Virus record (IMG/VR): IMGVR_UViG_3300008114_000013
Length of the DNA: 64,000 nucleotides
Source of the DNA: a virus
Strand: one strand, 5' to 3'
The notes below the pieces were generated by a model. The model was not told the DNA's origin. It worked only from the letters and a program-made list of their open reading frames with translations, and searched no databases. Position numbers and translations under genes: made by a program. Every line of letters begins with the position of its first letter. Within the stretch, counting starts at the first letter, position 1. Shown here in pieces: positions 20,022-27,885 of this stretch.

Positions 20022-20917
20022 AACATTATTTTTATAAAAGGTAAAATTGCTAATTCTTTTCCTTTTGCTTCAACCATAATGTCCAAATCCAACTCGTATG
20101 TATTGGGGAGGGCATTAATAAGATAGGAATGTGCTTGCGGTTTTTCTTTTGGGTTGTTTTCATGTAATGCCTTCGATTCTGAATAATGAACTTCTTGCGT
20201 AATACCTTTTGGCCAAGTAGTTGCTGCTAATTTAAGAGCTTCTTCTTCCGTTAATCCACCTGTACAAAATTGGTGGTGGTGATAATCGAAAACAATAGGA
20301 ATACCAGTATGTTCGTGGATATACATCAAATCTTTAACAGAGTACATAGATGCTTTATCATCATTCTCCAATGTCAATCGTTTTTGTACGCTTGGTGAGA
20401 GTCTTTTGAAGTTTTGTATCAATCTATCCATTGCAGACTTTTTATCTCCGTAGACACCATTACAATGGATATTTATATTGTTGTAATGTGTTTTTGATAA
20501 CCCCATCATATCAAAAATCTTACCATGTAGTTCCAAATCGGCAAAAGTCTTTTGAATAACTTCTTCGTTTGGAGATGGTAATACATTAAATGGACCTGGA
20601 TGTGAATTAATACGGATATTATGAAATTTAGCAAAATCACCTGCTTTTTTAAGCTCTGATTTGATTTCTTTGTAATCCTTTAATTGAGTAATGTCGAAAT
20701 TATCACCCCACGGAATGATAGTAGATGAAAGACGGAAGAACTTAATACCATTCATCCTATTCCACTCTAAAATCTTAATAACATCCTTTGCATTGAGTAA
20801 TGCAAGTTCGGAAACGTAATCTAAACCTTTTTGATTGAAGGTTTTTTTGACCATTGTACGATTAGTGGTAATTTTCTTACCTACGGTCATATTAATACAT
20901 GCATATCCTATATTCAT
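20018..20917 (-). CDS. uvsE: UV-damage endonuclease UvsE/UVDE
   Basis: IGYACIN, FFRLSS, HPGPF, LENDD, VFDYHHH, HYSE and MVEAKGKE motifs. Confidence 0.95.
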   Translation of the reverse strand: MNIGYACINMTVGKKITTNRTMVKKTFNQKGLDYVSELALLNAKDVIKILEWNRMNGIKFFRLSSTIIPWGDNFDITQLKDYKEIKSELKKAGDFAKFHNIRINSHPGPFNVLPSPNEEVIQKTFADLELHGKIFDMMGLSKTHYNNINIHCNGVYGDKKSAMDRLIQNFKRLSPSVQKRLTLENDDKASMYSVKDLMYIHEHTGIPIVFDYHHHQFCTGGLTEEEALKLAATTWPKGITQEVHYSESKALHENNPKEKPQAHSYLINALPNTYELDLDIMVEAKGKELAILPFIKIML

Positions 20918-20921
20918 ATGT

Positions 20922-20952
20922 TAAATATAAGAAAATTATTTCGTATTTACAA
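20922..20952 (-). promoter_or_regulatory. Bacteroidota-type housekeeping promoter (near-leaderless uvsE)
   Basis: TTG-N20-TATATTTA ending 4 nt before the ATG. Confidence 0.65.
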
Positions 20953-20956
20953 GCGT

Positions 20957-22039
20957 TTAGTAAATTTTGATGTTTTCATCCTCTGTGCGGAATCTAGCTA
21001 AATCTCTAACATTCCCTTTTTTAGTATTTAACCAATAATTTACCGCTTTTGGATTATTTATCCACAATTTACGATTATTCCATGGAAATTCTGGATGCAT
21101 ATACTCTTCCCATTTTAAATTCGGTAATTCTTCTTCTTCTTTAGGGGGATTTTCTACTATATCTTCATTTACCGTTGGTTTATCTTCCAATCCGTCGTTC
21201 AAAATTACATCCCAATCATCATACAGACCATCTTTCTCATCTGCTTGTATGATTTCTTTAAGAAGTTCTCTTTGTTTTTCTTTATCACCGTATACTTCGT
21301 ATTCTTTTTCTTTTTTATCAGAAATTAATCCGTTAAATGCGATAATTAGAGCAACTGCGAGTGGGTCAAAGACAATTACAATCAAAAATATGAAGAATTT
21401 TACTACATTTTTCAATTCTATATCAAATGCCTCTGCTACAAATCGAAATCCACCCACTTCTTTCTCTAAATCTAGGTTAGTAACCTTAATTTCGTTAATT
21501 TTTTCGGTTTCGGCTGCATTTTCTTCTTGTAAAATTGAAATTTTATCATTAATTTTACTGATTTCTTTATCTCTAGCATCAATTGAACGCAGTAAACGAG
21601 AATTTACCGTACCTCCATCGATAATTTTACCTTGATTAGTATTAAATTCACTAATTTGAGTAGAAAGTTGAGTGATTTGAGCAGTGTTTTGGTCAATTTT
21701 AGTTTGATGAACTTCAATTTCTCTATCTACCTGTTGTAACTGAAGAGATTGTGCCTGAAAAGCATTAGAAAGGTATCCGAAAATACCTGCAGAGGTGATT
21801 AACATAAGAACTCCTACTGAAAGTGTAAGATACCATTTGTTAAACCCACCAATTACATCCCATTTTTGTTTTAAGTATGTTGCAGCAACTAATTTAGCTA
21901 ACTCCAACGAAGATGCCATCACTATAACAGATGTAGATGCTCCTGCAAAAAGAACACCTAATCCAGTTACAGAGAAATAAGCAGCACATCCGGCTATAAT
22001 AATAGCAGATAACCCCACTAATACTTTTAGCCAATTCAT
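20957..22039 (-). CDS. Multi-pass membrane protein with a long coiled coil
   Basis: Three N-terminal TM helices, coiled coil, fourth TM helix, acidic tail. Confidence 0.65.
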   Translation of the reverse strand: MNWLKVLVGLSAIIIAGCAAYFSVTGLGVLFAGASTSVIVMASSLELAKLVAATYLKQKWDVIGGFNKWYLTLSVGVLMLITSAGIFGYLSNAFQAQSLQLQQVDREIEVHQTKIDQNTAQITQLSTQISEFNTNQGKIIDGGTVNSRLLRSIDARDKEISKINDKISILQEENAAETEKINEIKVTNLDLEKEVGGFRFVAEAFDIELKNVVKFFIFLIVIVFDPLAVALIIAFNGLISDKKEKEYEVYGDKEKQRELLKEIIQADEKDGLYDDWDVILNDGLEDKPTVNEDIVENPPKEEEELPNLKWEEYMHPEFPWNNRKLWINNPKAVNYWLNTKKGNVRDLARFRTEDENIKIY

Positions 22040-22040
22040 A

Positions 22041-22217
22041 TTATCGATTTATTCTGGATAATTCTGCTACGCGTTCTACTAACATTCTAGCATCTGCTAA
22101 TGTAGCATGTGCTTCAGATGGTGATAAATGTTGTGCACCACTAATTCCATTCTGTAAAATTCTCAATTTACCATCAATGGCTTCCAATAGGTTTTTTATT
22201 TTTTCGTCGTATATCAT
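22041..22217 (-). CDS. Small hypothetical protein (58 aa)
   Basis: Read manually: MIYDEKIKNLLEAIDGKLRILQ...; TACTTATT late-type motif upstream. Confidence 0.55.
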   Translation of the reverse strand: MIYDEKIKNLLEAIDGKLRILQNGISGAQHLSPSEAHATLADARMLVERVAELSRINR

Positions 22218-22237
22218 AGTAATAAGTATTTTTAAAT

Positions 22238-22268
22238 AAAAAAAGGTGGTAAGTTTACCCTACCACCT
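22238..22268 (-). terminator. Rho-independent terminator after hsp20
   Basis: AGGTGGTA/TACCACCT stem plus T-run on the minus strand. Confidence 0.75.
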
Positions 22269-22292
22269 ATAAATATACAAAAAATAATTCAC

Positions 22293-22673
22293 TTAATCAA
22301 CTTTAATTGAAATTGATTTTGATTTCCTTTCGTCTTTCTTATCAATTGTTAAAGTAAGTAACCCATTAGTGAATTTTGCCTCCGTTTTAGTTCCATCATA
22401 ATCTTTGCCTACACTGAATGTGACATCGATGTCCTGTACTAACGGAGAACTACCTTCTTGCTTTTTTGCTTTAATTGTTACCTTATCTTCGGTAACTTCT
22501 AATTTAATGTTTTTAACATCATGCCCTAATACATTAAATGTTAATTGTTGTTTACCATCCTCCAACTGCGTTACATCGTAATCTGCCGCAAATGTATTGT
22601 AATTAGTTGTGGTAGTGTACCAGTTTGGAGAATTAAATAAATTTACTAATTTTTTTAAATCTGAATTGTACAT
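22293..22673 (-). CDS. Small heat-shock protein (Hsp20/alpha-crystallin)
   Basis: TEAKFTNGLLTLTI motif; start moved to MYNSDL because the longer ORF overlaps the promoter. Confidence 0.85.
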   Translation of the reverse strand: MYNSDLKKLVNLFNSPNWYTTTTNYNTFAADYDVTQLEDGKQQLTFNVLGHDVKNIKLEVTEDKVTIKAKKQEGSSPLVQDIDVTFSVGKDYDGTKTEAKFTNGLLTLTIDKKDERKSKSISIKVD

Positions 22674-22716
22674 AGTTAATTTGTTTAAGTTTTTGAAATA
22701 ATTTAAATTCATATTA

Positions 22717-22788
22717 TCCAATACTATACCAACCAAATTAATATGACAAAGTGTCAGTATTCTTTAATAAATATCTGACACAATGTCT
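22717..22788 (-). promoter_or_regulatory. Sigma54-like promoter with two TGACA-N3-TGTC(A/T) upstream palindromes
   Basis: TGGTATAGTATTGGA (GG-N10-GA) at 22717-22731; palindromes at 22744-22756 and 22776-22788. Confidence 0.5.
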
Positions 22789-22791
22789 GTA

Positions 22792-23445
22792 TTATTTAGA
22801 TTTATTGTAATTTTGTCTTTCAATAACAGTACTCATATGGTCTGCCCAATGCATTATATACTGAATGTTTGATTTAAGATACTTGGATACATCAAATACT
22901 TTATAGTATTTTACATTATCCTCATCATACATACCATCTGTAAGTTTAATACCAAAGTATTCATTTTCATTATACTGAATACCATACCTATTAAGTAAGA
23001 AGAAAGTTCTATCAGTAATAGCCATATACGAGTTCTTACTATTTCTAGTATAGACTTCACCTTTATTTTTTACATGCCAATCTGATTCATTAGGATGATA
23101 ATGTAATTCTTCTTTGGTTCCTAACTTACCTAAATCATGATGTAGTGCTACAAAAATTAATTCTTCATCTGTAAAATCAGGTTCACCACCTTGTGATGTA
23201 AATAGATTTTTTACAGCAAGTGCATTCTTGCAAACATTAAAAATATGGTCGATATAACCACCTGGATATGCATTATGAAAATTTAAATTACCAGAAGCTG
23301 GTGAAATCATAAGGTTACCACCTAATTCTGATTCAGAATACATATGAAGAAGTTTTTCTAATCTTTCACCTGTGAAGTACTTTTCTAGGATTTTGAGAAA
23401 CTTTTCGTAATTTGCTTTTAATTCTTGTTCTGTTTTTTGCTTCAT
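22792..23445 (-). CDS. HD-domain phosphohydrolase
   Basis: HNAYPGGYIDH, HHDLGK and HWAD motifs. Confidence 0.85.
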   Translation of the reverse strand: MKQKTEQELKANYEKFLKILEKYFTGERLEKLLHMYSESELGGNLMISPASGNLNFHNAYPGGYIDHIFNVCKNALAVKNLFTSQGGEPDFTDEELIFVALHHDLGKLGTKEELHYHPNESDWHVKNKGEVYTRNSKNSYMAITDRTFFLLNRYGIQYNENEYFGIKLTDGMYDEDNVKYYKVFDVSKYLKSNIQYIMHWADHMSTVIERQNYNKSK

Positions 23446-23483
23446 TTTCTTGAGTAGTAATGAGTTTAACTATTAATAATACC

Positions 23484-23514
23484 CAAACATACGAAAAATT
23501 TTCAAATTTTCCTA
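23484..23514 (-). promoter_or_regulatory. Bacteroidota-type promoter
   Basis: TAG-N20-TATGTTTG (exact TAnnTTTG). Confidence 0.65.
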
Positions 23515-23518
23515 GTCA

Positions 23519-23833
23519 TTACATAAAAAGTTTTTTCTTTGTTAGGATTTCATACAGAATTTCAACTTCTTCTTCAGTAGTTAATTCAGGTAAATCATCA
23601 TCAAATAATCGAACGGTGTAGATTGTGTTTCCGTTTTCATCAAAAAATTCATCAGATTCGGAACTGAATAATACTGGAGCAAATTCTATATTTTCTATAT
23701 CATCTTCATCTATATCTACCAATGGTATGACGTAATAATGGTAGGAATCTATACCATCTTCTACTTCTATTTTATGACACTTCCATCTATTGAAGCTATT
23801 TTCGGTTATTGGATTCTGCGGTAATATAATCAT
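23519..23833 (-). CDS. Acidic hypothetical protein
   Basis: 104-aa ORF with its own promoter motif. Confidence 0.6.
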   Translation of the reverse strand: MIILPQNPITENSFNRWKCHKIEVEDGIDSYHYYVIPLVDIDEDDIENIEFAPVLFSSESDEFFDENGNTIYTVRLFDDDLPELTTEEEVEILYEILTKKKLFM

Positions 23834-23893
23834 AATTAAAATTTTTACAAGTAAATATAGTAAAAAAATATGAATTTTACAAATTACCGTTTC

Positions 23894-24544
23894 TTATAAT
23901 AATTTTTTACCATCTTCATTAAATAATGATGAGTATACATAATTAGCGAATTGTTTATGCCCAAGAAAACTTAAATGGTAATCTTCCATTTTACCTTTGG
24001 TAGCATCTTTTATATTCTGTGCGTGTGAATCCTCCCAAATAGTTTGTGTATAAAATTCAAAATATTTATAACATTTTATTATAGATTTTAAAAAATCATA
24101 TCGTTTCTCGTGACGTTTACGATATACATCGTGTCCACTAAAGTAATATGAAAAATTAACAATAGTTTCATATTTTTCTTTATTTTCAATTGTGGTCTTA
24201 TAACCAGTATCGGATTTAATAACCTCACCACATACATTATAAAATTCATCTGGATTATGAGATGGTATATCAAATCTATATGAAAAAGTTTTATTAACAA
24301 TTACAATATCGTTTTCCGAAATTGAATGATAATTATCTATTATCTTATCAAATATATAATCGTTAGATGCTCCACATTTTCCTAAATTATTTAATTTATA
24401 ACCTAATTTATTAGCCAATATAACAGGCCAAATCAAATCATCATCTGATTTTTTATATTTTTTATAGTATTCATCTCCCTCATAATTTGGTACACACCCG
24501 TGTCCAAAGGTCATTGAATCACCAAAAGTCCAAAGTGTTGCCAT
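23894..24544 (-). CDS. SGNH/GDSL-like hydrolase/acyltransferase
   Basis: FGDS, GASND and DYH...GH motifs. Confidence 0.7.
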   Translation of the reverse strand: MATLWTFGDSMTFGHGCVPNYEGDEYYKKYKKSDDDLIWPVILANKLGYKLNNLGKCGASNDYIFDKIIDNYHSISENDIVIVNKTFSYRFDIPSHNPDEFYNVCGEVIKSDTGYKTTIENKEKYETIVNFSYYFSGHDVYRKRHEKRYDFLKSIIKCYKYFEFYTQTIWEDSHAQNIKDATKGKMEDYHLSFLGHKQFANYVYSSLFNEDGKKLL

Positions 24545-24547
24545 TAT

Positions 24548-25597
24548 TTAAATTAAAGGTTTTTCAGTTGTATATAAATGATGAAAATTATGTATTACAT
24601 TTGGAATATTTTTAACTTTATCCAATTCTAACAAAAACGAATTATATTCAGCATGGTCTGGATTTGCTACATTTTTAATTTTAAATTCAGCTTCACTAAA
24701 TGTACCCCAATCAGAAATCACATTGGTTCTAATATCCCATTTTACTTTAGTTTCTCTTTTATCCATATATGATTTAATCATTTTATAAAAATCGTACATT
24801 TCTTTATAATTAGTATCTTGCACTACAAATGAAAAAATATATTCTTTTATAGTTGGTATTTTTGTTATAAACTTTAAATTTTCATGCAACACATCCCAAT
24901 TACCTCCAATTCTAGTTTTAGTTTCGTATGTTTCTTTTGTAGCAGCATCTATTGAAATCTCACAAGTATTAACATAACGATGTATACCATTCATTTTCTC
25001 CCACATTTCAGGAGTCCATAATGAACCATTTGTATGTAAATGAATTGATTTTAATTTTTTAAATCTATTTGAATCCAATGTAATAAGAAACTGTCTGAAT
25101 GATTTTGAGAAAAATGGGTCAGCTGAACCACTTAATACCAATCGTTCAACGAACGGTGATATTTCATCGTTAATTTCAGTTAGTTTTTTTTCTACGGATA
25201 TTCGTTTACTACCTTTATAATTTATTAATTCAACCCTACAAGATGGGCATTGAAAATTACAGCTTCTATCAAATGTAAAATTAATTATTTTAGGCCCCTT
25301 TGTTTTATGTAAATAATCAACATTTTCGGATGTATTGGGTATGAATTTAGAAGGTATTCTATTACTTTTAAAACTTGCTAAATATGGACACAAAAATTCA
25401 TTACAGTATTTGTAACTACCATCAGTTACACTATCTCTTATTTTTTCAGAAATTTCAGAATTAAAACTATCCAATATCCCTTTACCACTATTAATATCCG
25501 TACTTAACCAAGATGGACAACATAAAAATTGTTTATTATCTTCTACCTCTGTAAAGAAGAATGGAGTTGTGCATATATATTTTGATTTATCAATCAT
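24548..25597 (-). CDS. Radical SAM protein with N-terminal Cys-rich (SPASM/twitch-like) domain
   Basis: CNFQCPSC motif; N-terminal C..P...CC...C....CP; TNG and ISID motifs. Confidence 0.9.
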   Translation of the reverse strand: MIDKSKYICTTPFFFTEVEDNKQFLCCPSWLSTDINSGKGILDSFNSEISEKIRDSVTDGSYKYCNEFLCPYLASFKSNRIPSKFIPNTSENVDYLHKTKGPKIINFTFDRSCNFQCPSCRVELINYKGSKRISVEKKLTEINDEISPFVERLVLSGSADPFFSKSFRQFLITLDSNRFKKLKSIHLHTNGSLWTPEMWEKMNGIHRYVNTCEISIDAATKETYETKTRIGGNWDVLHENLKFITKIPTIKEYIFSFVVQDTNYKEMYDFYKMIKSYMDKRETKVKWDIRTNVISDWGTFSEAEFKIKNVANPDHAEYNSFLLELDKVKNIPNVIHNFHHLYTTEKPLI

Positions 25598-26076
25598 ACT
25601 AATTTATTCTTTAATAAATCTTTACTTAAAAATGCAATTAGAGACCATCGTTCACCACTAGTAACCTCTGTTACTTCGTGTAATCTACTACCATAAAAGG
25701 TATAGATATTTCCGGCAATTTTAGGTACAATAAATTTTGGATTATAGCAAATGAGTTCTCCTCCTTGATAATCATCATTTAAACAAGCACCTATGTTATA
25801 TAAACTATGTTTATCAATATGAGGTTCAAATTTATTTCCCTTTTGTACATTTTGTAAATGAATCACATTGAGTGGTTTATTCAATGTGATGTTTGTATTC
25901 ATTTTAAGATAGTTTAACAATCGTTCAAATATCCATTCAGTTATTTCATTTCTTTCTATATGCCAAGCAAAATAAATAGTTTCATTACTTTCCCACCATT
26001 CATTTGATAAATGTTTTTGAAATAAATTTGATAATGATATTATTTCGTTACATTCTTCTTTTGTAAAGTTTATCAT
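25594..26076 (-). CDS. 2OG-Fe(II) oxygenase (prolyl-hydroxylase-like)
   Basis: HID...YQGGEL...HEV...RWSL. Confidence 0.85.
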   Translation of the reverse strand: MINFTKEECNEIISLSNLFQKHLSNEWWESNETIYFAWHIERNEITEWIFERLLNYLKMNTNITLNKPLNVIHLQNVQKGNKFEPHIDKHSLYNIGACLNDDYQGGELICYNPKFIVPKIAGNIYTFYGSRLHEVTEVTSGERWSLIAFLSKDLLKNKLV

Positions 26077-26112
26077 TATAAAAATTATTTTTTTATTAAG
26101 TCAATCAGAACA

Positions 26113-26646
26113 CTATATTAGTGATTTATTTAATGCGAAATTATCAATTGATAACCAAAAAACAATACTATATCGTATACCATCTTTAATTTTATTAACA
26201 CTATGTTCGATAGATGAATCAAACATTATAACATTTCCAATTTCTTTTGAAGATACTATTGTATCATCATTGTGAAAAATACATAATTCACCACCATCAT
26301 AATCGGTTTCATTTGAAAGTTGTATTATTAAAGTTTTATATCTGTTTGGATATTCAATGCCTGAATCGGTATGTCTTTTGAACTCTTGATTTTTATCATA
26401 TTTCAGAATTATAAAAAAATCAGGTAAATTTTTTATTTCAAATTCTTTCAACTTTTCTAACATCATATTTGATAAATTATGTGTTAGCTCTATAGTTAAC
26501 TCACTTGAAGTTCTATGTTCTGATATAACATCAATATTACTATATCCTGTTACTTTACTGCGTTTGAATGATTCATCATCAGATAATGATTTAAAGTAAT
26601 GACAATCATCTTTATTGAATAATTTTTTTTGAATAATAGATTGCAT
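26113..26646 (-). CDS. 2OG-Fe(II) oxygenase (prolyl-hydroxylase-like)
   Basis: HTD...YDGGEL...HSV...RYSIV. Confidence 0.9.
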   Translation of the reverse strand: MQSIIQKKLFNKDDCHYFKSLSDDESFKRSKVTGYSNIDVISEHRTSSELTIELTHNLSNMMLEKLKEFEIKNLPDFFIILKYDKNQEFKRHTDSGIEYPNRYKTLIIQLSNETDYDGGELCIFHNDDTIVSSKEIGNVIMFDSSIEHSVNKIKDGIRYSIVFWLSIDNFALNKSLI

Positions 26647-26647
26647 C

Positions 26648-27124
26648 TTACATTAATTTTGGTTCTCTAACTCTCTCGTATGCTAATATCATACCAACTA
26701 ACCAATCCGATGTTAATGTATCTCTTTCGTGAAATATTTTACTTCCTTCGAATATTACCCCATCACCTTGTTCTAAAATTATTTCAACTTTTTCACCACC
26801 AATCCAAAGATATAAAGGACTTGCAATTGTATCAGATTGTTTAATTAAAACACTAATAACAAGTTCACATACATCTTTGTGCTTGTGAAGTTTTTGTCCT
26901 TTAAGTGATTTTCTAGTATACCCTAAAACGGTATTTACTTTGGTTGAATAAAATTTTTCAACTTCTATTTTTAATTTTTCGGTATACCTATCAGATATTT
27001 CCCATTTATGTACTATATCAGAATCTTTAACTAGCCAATCTTTTTTCTTTTCTAGTTTTTCAAATTCAGAAAAAATGAATTCACATTCATCTAACGATAA
27101 AGCATTTTTAAGTATTTTATACAT
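26648..27124 (-). CDS. 2OG-Fe(II) oxygenase-like protein
   Basis: LHKHKD...GDGVIFEG...HER. Confidence 0.75.
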   Translation of the reverse strand: MYKILKNALSLDECEFIFSEFEKLEKKKDWLVKDSDIVHKWEISDRYTEKLKIEVEKFYSTKVNTVLGYTRKSLKGQKLHKHKDVCELVISVLIKQSDTIASPLYLWIGGEKVEIILEQGDGVIFEGSKIFHERDTLTSDWLVGMILAYERVREPKLM

Positions 27125-27126
27125 AA

Positions 27127-27708
27127 TTAAATTAAATCTTTATCTTCGATTTTAAAATCAACAAAAGGTTCATTTACATTAAGTAGTGTATGTATTTTTT
27201 TATACATTTCATAACACCCCTTTGGTCCAGGATGGTCATCTCGTTTTTCACCAGCACCTTCTTGCCAATTTGAACTAACTTGTATTAAGGATACAAAATC
27301 TTCTGTACCCTTATTAAAAGTTTCATTCCAAGTAACAAATACTGGATTATACTCCTTTAGTAAAGTTTGAAGTTTTTTAAAAAATTTTATTTCATTATTT
27401 CTCTCACCATCTAACCATCGATAGTGTTCATCTACTTTCAAACAAGCTAATTTATTTATTAAATTACCATTTGCATAAAATCGAGTAGGTATTCTACCAG
27501 GTTCGGTAAACATAATCAAAACTCTATCCCCAGGCTCAAATTCTGGTAAATCTCCTAATTGAAATATTATGGAGTTATTATCTGACCCACGCACCGCGAA
27601 TTTGTAAAATTCGTAATGGTGTGACAGATAATATGTCCAATGGTATTTCGGAATATCAAAATCAACGAATGAATCTCCAAAACAAAATAACCTAGGTTTC
27701 ATAATCAT
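27127..27708 (-). CDS. SGNH/GDSL-like hydrolase/acyltransferase
   Basis: FGDS, GSDN and DDHPG motifs. Confidence 0.7.
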   Translation of the reverse strand: MIMKPRLFCFGDSFVDFDIPKYHWTYYLSHHYEFYKFAVRGSDNNSIIFQLGDLPEFEPGDRVLIMFTEPGRIPTRFYANGNLINKLACLKVDEHYRWLDGERNNEIKFFKKLQTLLKEYNPVFVTWNETFNKGTEDFVSLIQVSSNWQEGAGEKRDDHPGPKGCYEMYKKIHTLLNVNEPFVDFKIEDKDLI

Positions 27709-27713
27709 TTGTA

Positions 27714-27866
27714 TTACAAATGTTTTGCAATAAATAATTCAAAAAATTTATTAACTACAAGTTGAACTCTTCCCTTTTCTTCTGGTGTTAATTGAGATGT
27801 AGTTCTATTATTGACAGCATTTAATGCCTTTTTTTTGTACAACGGCGGGTGGTTGGTTATGTTCAT
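27714..27866 (-). CDS. Small basic protein (50 aa) downstream of the Hint polyprotein
   Basis: Read manually: MNITNHPPLYKKKALNAVNNRTTSQLTPEEKGRVQLVVNKFFELFIAKHL; fills the intergenic gap. Confidence 0.55.
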   Translation of the reverse strand: MNITNHPPLYKKKALNAVNNRTTSQLTPEEKGRVQLVVNKFFELFIAKHL

Positions 27867-27885
27867 GATTATTTATTTTTATTTA

